DNA of 64,000 nt, taken from NCBI GenBank assembly GCA_964016885.1, contig OZ024740.1, positions 48,732,001 to 48,796,000 of the forward strand, read 5' to 3'. Of this stretch, positions 1-15,000 are shown piece after piece. The notes under the pieces were generated by a model, which was not told where the DNA came from, did no database searches, and saw nothing but the letters and a program-made list of their open reading frames with translations. The position numbers were made by a program, and so were the translations under genes. Positions within the stretch are counted from its first letter, which is position 1. Each line of letters begins with the position of its first letter. Source of the DNA: Eledone cirrhosa. Lineage: Eukaryota.

Positions 1-3000
1 CAATATTGTCCAGAACAAGCAGACCTATGATCAAAAGCTGAAGACTTGCTGCTGTTTATCTCAGTGTTGTCCATAAGAAGCAGACCTATGATCAAAAGCT
101 AAAGACTTGTTGCTGTTTAACTACAGTATTGTCCATAAGAAGCAGACCTATGATCAAAAGCTGAAGACTTGCTGCTGTTTAACCTCAGTATTGTCTAGAA
201 TATGCAGACTCATGATCAAAAGCTGAAGACTTGCTGCTGTTTAACCTCAATATTGTCCAGAACAAGCAAACCTATGATCAAAAGCTGAAGACTTGCTGCT
301 GTTTATCTCAGTATTGTCCATAAGAAGCAGACCTATGATCAAAAGCTGAAGACTTGCTGCTGTTTAACCTTAGTATTGTCCATAAGAAGCAGACCTATGA
401 TCAAAAGCTGAAGACTTGCTGCTGTTTAACATTAGTGTTGTCTAGAAGAAGCAGACCTATGATCAAAAGCTGAAGACTTGATGCTGTTTGACTTTAGTAT
501 TGTCTAGAACAAGCAGACCTATGATCAAAAGCTGAAGACTTGCTGCTGTTTAACCTCAATATTGTCCAGAACAAGCAGACCTATGATCAAAAGCTGAAGA
601 CTTGCTGCTGTTTAACTCAGTATTGTCCATAAGAAGCAGACCTATGATCAAAAGCTGAAGACTTGCTGCTGTTTAACCTCAGTATTGTCCATAAGAAGCA
701 GACCTATGATCAAAAGCTGAAGACTTGCTGCTGTTTAACCTCAGTATTGTCCAGAAGAAGCAGACCTATGATCAAAAGCTGAAGACTTGATGCTGTTTAA
801 CCTTAGTATTGTCCAGAACAAGCAGACCTATGATCAAAAGCTGAAGACTTGCTGCTGTTTAGTCTCAGTATTGTCCAAAAGAAGCAGACCTATCATCAAA
901 AGCTGAAGACTTGCTGCTGTTTAACCTCAGTATTGTCCAGAAGAAGCAAACCTCTGATCAAAAGCTGAAGACTTGCTGCTGTTTAACCTCAGTATTGTCC
1001 ATAAGAAGCAGACCTATGTTCAAAAGCTAAAGATTCGCTGCTGTTTAACCTCAGTATTGTCTAGAAGAAGCAGACCTATGATCAAAAGCTGAAGACTTGC
1101 TGCTGTTTTAACCTCAGTATTGTCCAGAAGAAGCAGACCTATGATCAAAAGCTGAAAACTTGCCGCTGTTTAACCTCAGTATTGTCTTGAACAAGCAGAC
1201 CTATGATCAAAAGCTGAAGATTTGCTGCTGTTTAACCTCATTATTGTCCAAAACAAGCAGACCTATGATCAAAAGTTGAAGACTTGCTGCTGTTTAACAA
1301 CAGTATTGTCCAGAAGAAGCAGACCTATGATCAAAAGCTGAAGATTTGCTGCTGTTTAACCTCAGTATTGTCTAGAAGAAGCAGACCTATGATCAAAAGC
1401 TGAAGACTTGCTGCTGTTTAACCTCAGTATTGTCCAGAAGAAGCAGACCTATGATCAAAAGCTGAAGACTTGCTGCTGTTTAACCTCAGTATTGTCTAGA
1501 CCAAGCACACCTATGATCAAAAGCTGAAGTCTTGCTGCTGTTTAACCTCAGTATTATGCAGAAGAAGCAAATCTATGATCAAAAGCTGAAGACTTGCTGC
1601 TGTTTAACCTCAGTATTGTCCAGAACAAGCAGACCTATGATCAAAAGCTGAAGATTTGCTGATGTTTAACCTTAGTATTGTCTAGAACAAGCACACCTAT
1701 ATTCAAAAGCTGAAGACGTGCTGCTGTTTAATCTCGGTATTGTCTAGAACAAGCAGACCTATGATCAAAATCTAAAGACTTGCTACTGTTTAATCTCAGT
1801 ATTGTCCAGAAGAAGCAGACCTATGATCAAAAGCTGAAGACTTGCTGCTGTTTAACCTCAATATAGTCCAGAACAAGCAGACCTATGATCAAAAGCTGAA
1901 GACTTGCTGCTGTTTAACTCAGTATTGTCCATAAGAAGCAGACCTATGATCAAAAGCTGAAGACTTGCTGCTGTTTAACCTCAGTATTGTCTAGAATATG
2001 CAGACCTATGATCAAAAGCTGAAGACTTGCTACTGTTTAACCTCAATATTGTCCAGAACAAGCAGACCTATGATCAAAAGCTGAAGACTTATTGCTGTTT
2101 AACCTCAGTATTGTCCAGAAGAAGCAAACCTCGGATCAAAAGCTGAAGACTTGCTGCTGTTTAACCTCAGTATTGTCCAGAAGAAGCAGACCTATGATCA
2201 AAAGCTGAAGATTTGCTGCTGTTTAACCTCAGTATTGTCTTGAACAAGCAGACCTATGATCAAAAGCTGAAGACCTTACTGCTGTTTAGTCTCAGTATTG
2301 TCCAAAAGAAGCAGACCTATGATCAAAAGCTGAAGACTTGCTGCTGTTTAACCTCAGTATTGTCCATAAGAAGCAAACCTCTGATCAAAAGCTGAAGACT
2401 TGCTGCTGTTTAACCTCAGTATTGTCTAGAAGAAGCAGGCCTATGATCAGAATCTGAAGATTTGCTGCTGTTTAAACTCAGTATTGTCTAGAAGAAGCAG
2501 ACCTATGATCAAAAGCTGAAGATTTGCTGCTGTTTAACCTCAGTATTGTCTAGAAGAAGCAGACCTATGATCAAAAGCTGAAGACTTGCTGCTGTTTAAC
2601 CTCAGTATTGTCTAGAAGAAGCAGACCTATGATCAAAAGCTGAAGACTTGCTGCTGTTTAACCTCAGTATTGTCTAGACCAAGCACACCTATGATCAAAA
2701 GCTGAAGTCTTGCTGCTGTTTAACCTCAGTATTGTGCAGAAGAAGCAAACCTATGATCAAAAGCTGAAGACTTGCTGCTGTTTAACCTCAGTATTGTCCA
2801 GAACAAGCAGACCTATGATCAAAAGCTGAAGACTTGCTGCTGTTTAACCTCAGTATTGTCTAGAAGAAGCAGACCTATATTCAAAAGCTGAAGACTTGCT
2901 GCTGTTTAACCTCAGTATTGTCTAGAATATGCAGACCTATGATCAAAAGCTTTAGACTTGCTGCTGTTTAACCTCAATATTGTCCAGAACAAGCAGACCT

Positions 3001-6000
3001 ATGATCAAGAGCTGAAGACTTGCTGCTGTTTATCTCAGTGTTGTCCATAAGAAGCAGACCTATGATCAAAAGCTAAAGACTTGTTGCTGTTTAACTACAG
3101 TATTGTCCATAAGAAGCAGACCTATGATCAAAAGCTGAAGACTTGCTGCTGTTTAACCTCAGTATTGTCTAGAATATGCAGACTTATGATCAAAAGCTGA
3201 AGACTTGCTGCTGTTTAACCTCAATATTGTCCAGAACAAGCAAACCTATGATCAAAAGCTGAAGACTTGCTGCTGTTTATCTCAGTATTGTCCATAAGAA
3301 GCAGACCTATGATCAAAAGCTGAAGACTTGCTGCTGTTTAACCTTAGTATTGTCCATAAGAAGCAGACCTATGATCAAAAGCTGAAGACTTGCTGCTGTT
3401 TAACATTAGTGTTGTCTAGAAGAAGCAGACCTATGATCAAAAGCTGAAGACTTGATGCTGTTTGACTTTAGTATTGTCTAGAACAAGCAGACCTATGATC
3501 AAAAGCTGAAGACTTGCTGCTGTTTAACCTCAATATTGTCCAGAACAAGCAGACCTATGATCAAAAGCTGAAGACTTGCTGCTGTTTAACTCAGTATTGT
3601 CCATAAGAAGCAGACCTATGATCAAAAGCTGAAGACTTGCTGCTGTTTAACCTCAGTATTGTCCATAAGAAGCAGACCTATGATCAAAAGCTGAAGACTT
3701 GCTGCTGTTTAACCTCAGTATTGTCCAGAAGAAGCAGACCTATGATCAAAAGCTGAAGACTTGATGCTGTTTAACCTTAGTATTGTCCAGAACAAGCAGA
3801 CCTATGATCAAAAGCTGAAGACTTGCTGCTGTTTAGTCTCAGTATTGTCCAAAAGAAGCAGACCTATCATCAAAAGCTGAAGACTTGCTGCTGTTTAACC
3901 TCAGTATTGTCCAGAAGAAGCAAACCTCTGATCAAAAACTGAAGACTTGCTGCTGTTTAACCTCAGTATTGTCCATAAGAAGCAGACCTATGTTCAAAAG
4001 CTAAAGATTCGCTGCTGTTTAACCTCAGTATTGTCTAGAAGAAGCAGACCTATGATCAAAAGCTGAAGACTTGCTGCTGTTTTAACCTCAGTATTGTCCA
4101 GAAGAAGCAGACCTATGATCAAAAGCTGAAAACTTGCCGCTGTTTAACCTCAGTATTGTCTTGAACAAGCAGACCTATGATCAAAAGCTGAAGATTTGCT
4201 GCTGTTTAACCTCATTATTGTCCAAAACAAGCAGACCTATGATCAAAAGTTGAAGACTTGCTGCTGTTTAACATCAGTATTGTCCAGAAGAAGCAGACCT
4301 ATGATCAAAAGCTGAAGATTTGCTGCTGTTTAACCTCAGTATTGTCTAGAAGAAGCAGACCTATGATCAAAAGGTGAAGACTTGCTGCTGTTTAACCTCA
4401 GTATTGTCCAGAAGAAGCAGACCTATGATCAAAAGCTGAAGACTTGCTGCTGTTTAACCTCAGTATTGTCTAGACCAAGCACACCTATGATCAAAAGCTG
4501 AAGTCTTGCTGCTGTTTAACCTCAGTATTATGCAGAAGAAGCAAATCTATGATCAAAAGCTGAAGACTTGCTGCTGTTTAACCTCAGTATTGTCCAGAAC
4601 AAGCAGACCTATGATCAAAAGCTGAAGATTTGCTGCTGTTTAACCTTAGTATTGTCTAGAACAAGCACACCTATATTCAAAAGCTGAAGACGTGCTGCTG
4701 TTTAATCTCGGTATTGTCTAGAACAAGCAGACCTATGATCAAAATCTAAAGACTTGCTGCTGTTTAACCTCAATATAGTCCAGAACAAGCAGACCTATGA
4801 TCAAAAGCTGAAGACTTGCTGCTGTTTAACTCAGTATTGTCCATAAGAAGCAGACCTATGATCAAAAGCTGAAGACTTGCTGCTGTTTAACCTCAGTATT
4901 GTCTAGAATATGCAGACCTATGATCAAAAGCTGAAGACTTGCTACTGTTTAACCTCAATATTGTCCAGAACAAGCAGACCTATGATCAAAAGCTGAAGAC
5001 TTATTGCTGTTTAACCTCAGTATTGTCCAGAAGAAGCAAACCTCTGATCAAAAGCTGAAGACTTGCTGCTGTTTAACCTCAGTATTGTCCAGAAGAAGTA
5101 AACCTCGGATCAAAAGCTGAAGACTTGCTGCTGTTTAACCTCAGTATTGTCCAGAAGAAGCAGACCTATGATCAAAAGCTGAAGATTTGCTGCTGTTTAA
5201 CCTCAGTATTGTCTTGAACAAGCAGACCTATGATCAAAAGCTGAAGACCTTACTGCTGTTTAGTCTCAGTATTGTCCAAAAGAAGCAGACCTATGATCAA
5301 AAGCTGAAGACTTGCTGCTGTTTAACCTCAGTATTGTCCATAAGAATTAAACCTCTGATCAAAAGCTGAAGACTTGCTGCTGTTTAACCTCAGTATTGTC
5401 CAGAAGAAGCAGACCTATGATCAAAAGCTGAAGATTTGCTGCTGTTTAACCTCAGTATTGTCTTGAACAAGCACACCTATGATCAAAAGCTGAAGACTTG
5501 CTGCTGTTTAACCTCAGTATTGTCTAGAAGAAGCAGGCCTATGATCAGAATCTGAAGATTTGCTGCTGTTTAAACTCAGTATTGTCTAGAAGAAGCAGAC
5601 CTATGACCAAAACCTGAAAAATTGCTGCTGTTTAACCTCAGTATTGTTTAGAAGAAGCTGACCTACTATCAAAAGTTGAAGACTTGCTGCTGTTTAACCT
5701 CAGTATTGTCCAGAAGAAGCAGACCTATGATCAAAAGCTAAAGACTTGCTGCTGTTTAACATCAGTATTGTCCAGAAGAAGCAGACCTATGATCAAAAGC
5801 TGAAAAATTGCTGCTGTCTAATCTCAGTATTGTCCAGAAGAAGCAGACCTATGATCAAAAGCAGAAGATTTGCTGCTGTTTAACCTCAGTATTGTCTAGA
5901 AGAAGCATACCTATGATCAAAAGCTGAAGACTTTCTGCTGTTTAACCTCAGTATTGTCTAGACCAAGCACACCTATGATCAAAAGCTGAAGTCTTGCTGC

Positions 6001-9000
6001 TGTTTAACCTCAGTATCGTGCAGAAGAAGCAAACCTATGATCAAAAGCTGAAGACTTGCTGCTGTTTAACCTCAGTATTGTCCAGAACAAGCAGACCTAT
6101 GATCAAAAGCTGAAGACTTGCTGCTGTTTAACCTCAGTATTGTCTAGAAGAAGCAGACCTATATTCAAAAGCTGAAGACTTGCTGCTGTTTAACCTCAGT
6201 ATTGTCTAGAATATGCAGACCTATGATCAAAAGCTTAAGACTTGCTGCTGTTTAACCTCAATATTGTCCAGAACAAGCAGACCTATGATCAAAAGCTGAA
6301 GACTTGCTGCTGTTTATCTCAGTATTGTCCATAAGAAGCAGACCTATGATCAAAAGCTGAAGACTTGCTGCTGTTTAACCTCAGTATTGTCTAGAATAAG
6401 CAGACCTATGATCAAAAGCTGAAGACTTGCTGCTGTTTAACCTCAATATTGTCCAGAACAAGCAGACCTATGATCAAAAGCTGAAGACTTGCTGCTGTTT
6501 ATCTCAGTATTGTCCATAAGAAGCAGACCTATGATCAAAAGCTGAAGACTTGCTGCTGTTTAACCTCAGTATTGTCCAGAAGAAGCAAACCTCTGATCAA
6601 AAGCTGAAGACTTGCTGCTGTTTAACCTCAGAATTGTCCAGAAGAAGCAGACCTATGTTCAAAAGCTAAAGATTCGCTGCTGTTTAACCTCAGTATTGTC
6701 TACAAGAAGCAGACCTATGATCAAAAGCTGAAGACTTGCTGCTGTTTTAACCTCAGTATTGTCCAGAAGAAGCAGACCTATGATCAAAAGCTGAAAACTT
6801 GCTGCTGTTTAACCTCAGTATTGTCTTGAACAAGCAGACCTATGATCAAAAGCTGAAGATTTGCTGCTGTTTAACCTCATTATTGTTCAAAACAAGCAGA
6901 CCTATGATCAAAAGTTGAAGACTTGCTGCCGTTTAACATCAGTATTGTCCAGAAGAAGCAGACCTATGATCAAAAGCTGAAAACTTGCTGCTGTTTAACC
7001 TCAGTATTGTCTAGAACAAGCAGACCTATGATCAAAAGCTGAAGACTTGCTGCTGTTTAACCTCTATATTGTCCAGAACAAGCAGACCTATGATCAAAAT
7101 CTGAAGACTTGCTGCTGTTTAACATTAGTGTTGTCTAGAAGAAGCAGACCTATGATCAAAAGCTGAAGACTTGATGCTGTTTGAGTTCAGTATTGTCTAG
7201 AACAAGCAGACCTATGATCAAAAGCTGAAGACTTATTACTGTTTAACCTTAGTATTGTCCAGAAGAAGCAAACCTCTGATCAAAAGCTGAAGACTTGCTG
7301 CTGTTTAACCTCAGTATTGTCCAGAAGAAGCAGACCTATGATCAAAAGCTGAAGATTTGCTGCTGTCTAATCTCAGTATTGTCCAGAAGAAGCAGACCTA
7401 TGATCAAAAGCTGAAGATTTGCTGCTGTTTAACCTCAGTATTGTCTAGAAGAAGCAGACCTATGATCAAAAGCTGAAGACTTGCTGCTGTTTAACCTCAG
7501 TATTGTCCAGAAGAAGCAGACCTATGATCAAAAGCTGAAGACTTGCTGCTGTTTAACCTCAGTATTGTCTAGACCAAGCACACCTATGATCAAAAGCTGA
7601 AGATTTGCTGCTGTTTAACCTCAGTATTGTGCAGAAGAAGCAAATCTATGATCAAAAGCTGAAGACTTGCTGCTGTTTAATCTCAGTATTGTCTAGAACA
7701 AGCAGACCTATGATCAAAATCTAAAGACTTGCTACTGTTTAACCTCAGTATTGTCCAGAAGAAGCAGACCTATGATCAAAAGCTGAAGACTTGCTGCTGT
7801 TTAACCTCAATATAGTCCAGAACAAGCAGACCTATGATCAAAAGCTGAAGACTTGCTGCTGTTTAACTCAGTATTGTCCATAAGAAGCAGACCTATGATC
7901 AAAAGCTGAAGACTTGCTGCTGTTTAACCTCAGTATTGTCTAGAATATGCAGACCTATGATCAAAAGCTGAAGACTTGCTGCTGTTTAACCTCAATATTG
8001 TCCAGAACAAGCAGACCTATGATCAAAAGCTGAAGACTTATTGCTGTTTAACCTCAGTATTGTCCAGAAGAAGCAAACCTCTGATCAAAAGCTGAAGACT
8101 TGCTGCTTTTTAACCTCAGTATTGTCCAGAAGAAGCAAACCTCGGATCAAAAGCTGAAGACTTGCTGCTGTTTAACCTCAGTATTGTCCAGAAGAAGCAG
8201 ACCTATGATCAAAAGCTGAAGATTTGCTGCTGTTTAACCTCAGTATTGTCTTGAACAAGCAGACCTATGATCAAAAGCTGAAGACCTTACTGCTGTTTAG
8301 TCTCAGTATTGTCCAAAAGAAGCAGACCTATGATCAAAAGCTGAAGACTTGCTGCTGTTTAACCTCAGTATTGTCCATAAGAAGCAAACCTCTGATCAAA
8401 AGCTGAAGACTTGCTGCTGTTTAACCTCAGTATTGTCCAGAAGAAGCAGACCTATGATCAAAAGCTGAAGATTTGCTGCTGTTTAACCTCAGTATCGTCT
8501 TGAACAAGCACACCTATGATCAAAAGCTGAAGACTTGCTGCTGTTTAACCTCAGTATTGTCTAGAAGAAGCAGGCCTATGATCAGAATCTGAAGATTTGC
8601 TGCTGTTTAAACTCAGTATTGTCTAGAAGAAGCAGACCTATGACCAAAACCTGAAAAATTGCTGATGTTTAACCTCAGTATTGTTTAGAAGAAGCTGACC
8701 TACTATCAAAAGTTGAAGACTTGCTGCTGTTTAACCTCAGTATTGTCCAGAAGAAGCAGACCTATGATCAAAAGCTGAAGACTTGCTGCTGTTTAACATC
8801 AGTATTGTCCAGAAGAAGCAGACCTATGATCAAAAGCTGAAAAATTGCTGCTGTCTAATCTCAGTATTGTCCAGAAGAAGCAGACCTATGATCAAAAGCT
8901 GAAGATTTGATGCTGTTTAACCTCAGTATTGTCTAGAAGAAGCAGACCTATGATCAAAAGCTGAAGACTTGCTGCTGTTTAACCTCAGTATTGTCCAGAA

Positions 9001-12000
9001 GAAGCAGACCTATGATCAAAAGCTGAAGACTTGCTGCTGTTTAACCTCAGTATTGTCTACACCAAGCACACCTATGATCAAAAGCTGAAGTCTTGCTGCT
9101 GTTTAACCTCAGTATTGTGCAGAAGAAGCAAATCTATGATCAAAAGCTGAAGACTTGCTGCTGTTTAACCTCAGTATTGTCCAGAACAAGCAGACCTATG
9201 ATCAAAAGCTGAAGATTTGCTGCTGTTTAACCTTAGTATTGTCTAGAACAAGCACACCTATATTCAAAAGCTGAAGACTTGCTGCTGTTTAACCTCAGTA
9301 TTGTCCGGAAGAAGCAGACCTGTGATCAAAAGCTGAAGACTTGCTGCTGTTTAACCTCATTATTGTCTAGAAGAAGCAGACCTATATTCAAAAGCTGAAG
9401 ACTTGCTGCTGTTTAATCTCAGTATTGTCTAGAACAAGCAGACCTATGATCAAAACCTAAAGACTTGCTACTGTTTAACCTCAGTATTGTCCAGAAGAAG
9501 CAGACCTATGATCAAAAGCTGAAGACTTGCTGCTGTTTAACCTCAATATTGTCCAGAACAAGCAGACCTATGATCAAAAGCTGAAGACTTGCTGCTGTTT
9601 AACTCAGTATTGTCCATAAGAAGCAGACCTATGATCAAAAGCTGAAGACTTGCTGCTGTTTAACCTCAGTATTGTCTAGAATATGCAGACCTATGATCAA
9701 AAGCTGAAGACTTGCTGCTGTTTAACCTCTATATTGTCCAGAACAAGCAGACCTATGATCAAAAGCTGAAGACTTATTGCTGTTTAACCTCAGTATTGTC
9801 CAGAAGAAGCAAACCTCTGATCAAAAGCTGAAGACTTGCTGCTGTTTAATCTCAGTATTTCCAGAAGAAGCAAACCTCGGATCAAAAGCTGAAGACTTGC
9901 TGCTGTATAACCTCAGTATTGTCCAGAAGAAGCAGACCTATGATCAAAATCTAAAGATTTGATGCTGTTTAACCTCAGTATTGTCTTGAACAAGCAGACC
10001 TATGATCAAAAGCTGAAGACTTACTGCTGTTTAACCTCAGTATTGTCTTGAACAAGCAGACCTATGATCAAAAGCTGAAGACTTGATGCTGTTTAACTTC
10101 AGTATTGTCCAGAAGAAGCAAACCTCTGATCAAAAGCTGAAGACTTGCTGCTGTTTAACCTCAGTATTGTCCAGAAGAAGCAGACCTATGATCAAAAGCT
10201 GAAGATTTGGTGCTGTTTAACCTCAGTATTGTCTTGAACAAGCACACCTATGATCAAAAGGTGAAGACTTGCTGCTGTTTAACCTCAGTATTGTCTAGAA
10301 GAAGCAGGCCTATGATCAGAATCTGAAGATTTGCTGCTGTTTAAACTCAGTATTGTCTAGAAGAAGCAGACCTATGACCAAAACCTGAAAAATTGCTGAT
10401 GTTTAACCTCAGTATTGTTTAGAAGAAGCTGACCTACTATCAAAAGTTGAAGACTTGCTGCTGTTTAACCTCAGTATTGTCCAGAAGAAGCAGACCTATG
10501 ATCAAAAGCTGAAGACTTGCTGCTGTTTAACATCAGTATTGTCCAGAAGAAGCAGACCTATGATCAAAAGCTGAAAAATTGCTGCTGTCTAATCTCAGTA
10601 TTGTCCAGAAGAAGCAGACCTATGATCAAAAGCAGAAGATTTGCTGCTGTTTAACCTCAGTATTGTCTAGAAGAAGCAGACCTATGATCAAAAGCTGAAG
10701 ACTTGCTGCTGTTTAACCTCAGTATTGTCTAGACCAAGCACACCTATGATCAAAAGCTGAAGTCTTGCTGCTGTTTAACCTCAGTATTGTGCAGAAGAAG
10801 CAAACCTATGATCAAAAGCTGAAGACTTGCTGCTGTTTAACCTCAGTATTGTCCAGAACAAGCAGACCTATGATCAAAAGCTGAAGACTTGCTGCTGTTT
10901 AACCTCAGTATTGTCTAGAAGAAGCAGACCTATATTCAAAAGCTGAAAACTTGCTGCTGTTTAACCTCAGTATTGTCTAGAATATGCAGACCTATGATCA
11001 AAAGCTTAAGACTTGCTGCTGTTTAACCTCAATATTGTCCAGAACAAGCAGACCTATGATCAAAAGCTGAAGACTTGCTGCTGTTTATCTCAGTATTGTC
11101 CATAAGAAGCAGACCTATGATCAAAAGCTGAAGACTTGCTGCTGTTTAACCTCAGTATTGTCTAGAATATGCAGACCTATGATCAAAAGCTGAAGACTTG
11201 CTGCTGTTTATCTCAGTATTGTCCATAAGAAGCAGACCTATGATCAAAAGCTGAAGACTTGCTGCTGTTTAACCTTAGTATTGTCCATAAGAAGCAGACC
11301 TATGATCAAAAGCTGAAGACTTGCTGCTGTTTAACCTCAGTATTGTCTAGAACAAGCAGACCTATGATCAAAAGCTGAAGACTTGCTGCTGTTTAACATT
11401 AGTGTTGTCTAGAAGAAGCAGACCTATGATCAAAAGCTGAAGACTTGATGCTGTTTGACTTCAGTATTGTCTAGAACAAGCAGACCTATGATCAAAAGCT
11501 GAAGACTTATTGCTGTTTAACCTTAGTATTGTCCAGAAGAAGCAAACCTCTGATCAAAAGCTGAAGACTTGCTGCTGTTTAACCTCAGTATTGTCCAGAA
11601 GAAGCAGACCTATGATCAAAATCTGAAGACTTGCTGCTGTTTAACATTAGTGTTGTCTAGAAGAAGCAGACCTATGATCAAAAGCTGAAGACTTGATGCT
11701 GTTTGACTTCAGTATTGTCTAGAACAAGCAGACCTATGATCAAAAGCTGAAGACTTATTGCTGTTTAACCTTAGTATTGTCCAGAAGAAGCAAACCTCTG
11801 ATCAAAAGCTGAAGACTTGCTGCTGTTTAACCTCAGTATTGTCCAGAAGAAGCAGACCTATGATCAAAATCTGAAGACTTGCTGCTGTTTAACCTCAATA
11901 TTGTCCAGAAGAAGCAGACCTATGATCAAAAGCTGAAGACTTGCTGCTGTTTAACTCAGTATTGTCCATAAGAAGCAGACCTATGATCAAAAGCTGAAGA

Positions 12001-15000
12001 CTTGCTGCTGTTTAACCTCAGTATTGTCCATAAGAAGCAGACCTATGATCAAAAGCTGAAGACTTGCTGCTGTTTAACCTCAGTATTGTCCGGAAGAAGC
12101 AGACCTGTGATCAAAAGCTGAAGACTTGCTGCTGTTTAACCTCAGTATTGTCTAGACCAAGCACACCTATGATCAAAAGCTGAAGTCTTGCTGCTGTTTA
12201 ACCTCAGTATTGTGCAGAAGAAGCAAATCTATGATCAAAAGCTGAAGACTTGCTGCTGTTTAACCTCAGTATTGTCCAGAACAAGCAGACCTATGATCAA
12301 AAGCTGAAGATTTGCTGCTGTTTAACCTTAGTATTGTCTAGAACAAGCACACCTATATTCAAAAGCTGAAGACTTGCTGCTGTTTAACCTCAGTATTGTC
12401 CGGAAGAAGCAGACCTGTGATCAAAAGCTGAAGACTTGCTGCTGTTTAACCTCATTATTGTCTAGAAGAAGCAGACCTATATTCAAAAGCTGAAGACTTG
12501 CTGCTGTTTAATCTCAGTATTGTCTAGAACAAGCAGACCTATGATCAAAATCTAAAGACTTGCTACTGTTTAACCTCAGTATTGTCCAGAAGAAGCAGAC
12601 CTATGATCAAAAGCTGAAGACTTGCTGCTGTTTAACCTCAATATTGTCCAGAACAAGCAGACCTATGATCAAAAGCTGAAGACTTGCTGCTGTTTAACTC
12701 AGTATTGTCCATAAGAAGCAGACCTATGATCAAAAGCTGAAGACTTGCTGCTGTTTAACCTCAGTATTGTCTAGAATATGCAGACCTATGATCAAAAGCT
12801 GAAGACTTGCTGCTGTTTAACCTCAGTATTGTCTAGAAGAAGCAAACCTCTGATCAAAAGCTGAAGACTTGCTGCTGTTTAACCTCAGTATTGTCCAGAA
12901 GAAGCAAACCTCGGATCAAAAGCTGAAGACTTGCTGCTGTTTAACCTCAGTATTGTCCAGAAGAAGCAGACCTATGATCAAAAGCTGAAGATTTGATGCT
13001 GTTTAACCTCAGTATTGTCTTGAACAAGCAGACCTATGATCAAAAGCTGAAGACTTACTGCTGTTTAGTCTCAGTATTGTCCAAAAGAAGCAGACCTATG
13101 ATCAAAAGCTGAAGACTTGCTGCTGTTTAACCTCAGTATTGTCCAGAAGAAGCAAACCTCTGATGAAAAGCTGAAGACTTGCTGCTGTATAACCTCAGTA
13201 TTGTCCAGAAGAAGCAGACCTATGATCAAAAGCTGAAAAATTGCTGCTGTCTAATCTCAGTATTGTCCAGAAGAAGCAGACCTATGATCAAAAGCTGAAG
13301 ATTTGCTGCTGTTTAACCTCAGTATTGTCTAGAAGAAGCAGACCTATGATCAAAAGCTGAAGACTTGCTGCTGTTTAACCTCAGTATTGTCCAGAAGAAG
13401 CAGACCTATGATCAAAAGCTGAAGACTTGCTGCTGTTTAACCTCAGTATTGTCTACACCAAGCACACCTATGATCAAAAGCTGAAGTCTTGCTGCTGTTT
13501 AACCTCAGTATTGTGCAGAAGAAGCAAATCTATGATCAAAAGCTGAAGACTTGCTGCTGTTTAACCTCAGTATTGTCCAGAACAAGCAGACCTATGATCA
13601 AAAGCTGAAGATTTGCTGCTGTTTAACCTTAGTATTGTCTAGAACAAGCACACCTATATTCAAAAGCTGAAGACTTGCTGCTGTTTAACCTCAGTATTGT
13701 CCGGAAGAAGCAGACCTGTGATCAAAAGCTGAAGATTGCTGCTGTTTAACCTCATTATTGTCTAGAAGAAGCAGACCTATATTCAAAAGCTGAAGACTTG
13801 CTGCTGTTTAATCTCAGTATTGTCTAGAACAAGCAGACCTATGATCAAAATCTAAAGACTTGCTACTGTTTAACCTCAGTATTGTCCAGAAGAAGCAGAC
13901 CTATGATCAAAAGCTGAAGACTTGCTGCTGTTTAACCTCAATATTGTCCAGAACAAGCAGACCTATGATCAAAAGCTGAAGACTTGCTGCTGTTTAACTC
14001 AGTATTGTCCATAAGAAGCAGACCTATGATCAAAAGCTGAAGACTTGCTGCTGTTTAACCTCAGTATTGTCTAGAACAAGCAGACCTATGATCAAAAGCT
14101 GAAGACTTGCTGCTGTTTAACCTCTATATTGTCCAGAACAAGCAGACCTATGATCAAAAGCTGAAGACTTATTGCTGTTTAACCTTAGTATTGTCCAGAA
14201 GAAGCAAACCTCTGATCAAAAGCTGAAGACTTGCTGCTGTTTAACCTCAGTATTGTCCAGAAGAAGCAGACCTATGATCAAAAGCTGAAGACTTGCTGCT
14301 GTTTAACCTCAATATTGTCCAGAGCAAGCAGACCTATGATCAAAAGCTGAAGACTTGCTGCTGTTTAACTCAGTATTGTCCATAAGAAGTAGACCTATGA
14401 TCAAAAGCTGAAGACTTGCTGCTGTTTAACCTCAGTATTGTCCATAAGAAGCAGACCTATGATCAAAAGCTGAAGACTTGCTGCTGTTTAACCTCAGTAT
14501 TGTCCGGAAGAAGCAGACCTGTGATCAAAAGCTGAAGACTCTCTGCTGTTTAACCTCAGTATTGTCTAGGCCAAGCACACCTATGATCAAAAGCTGAAGT
14601 CTTGCTGCTGTTTAACCTCAGTATTGTGCAGAAGAAGCAAATCTATGATCAAAAGCTGAAGACTTGCTGCTGTTTAACATCAGTATTGTCCAGAACAAGC
14701 AGACCTATGATCAAAAGCTGAAGATTTGCTGCTGGTTAACCTCAGTATTGTCTAGAACAAGCACACCTATATTCAAAAGCTGAAGACTTGCTGCTGTTTA
14801 ACCTCAGTATTGTCCGGAAGAAGCAGACCTGTGATCAAAAGCTGAAGACTTGCTGCTGTTTAACCTCATTATTGTCTAGAAGAAGCAGACCTATATTCAA
14901 AAGCTGAAGACTTGCTGCTGTTTAATCTCAGTATTGTCTAGAACAAGCAGACCTATGATCAAAATCTAAAGACTTGCTACTGTTTAACCTCAGTATTGTC

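Noticed and set aside
2213-9962. Short ORFs in the satellite
   Set aside because: These are chance loss of stops across three 62-bp units, with no ATG start and no coding signature.
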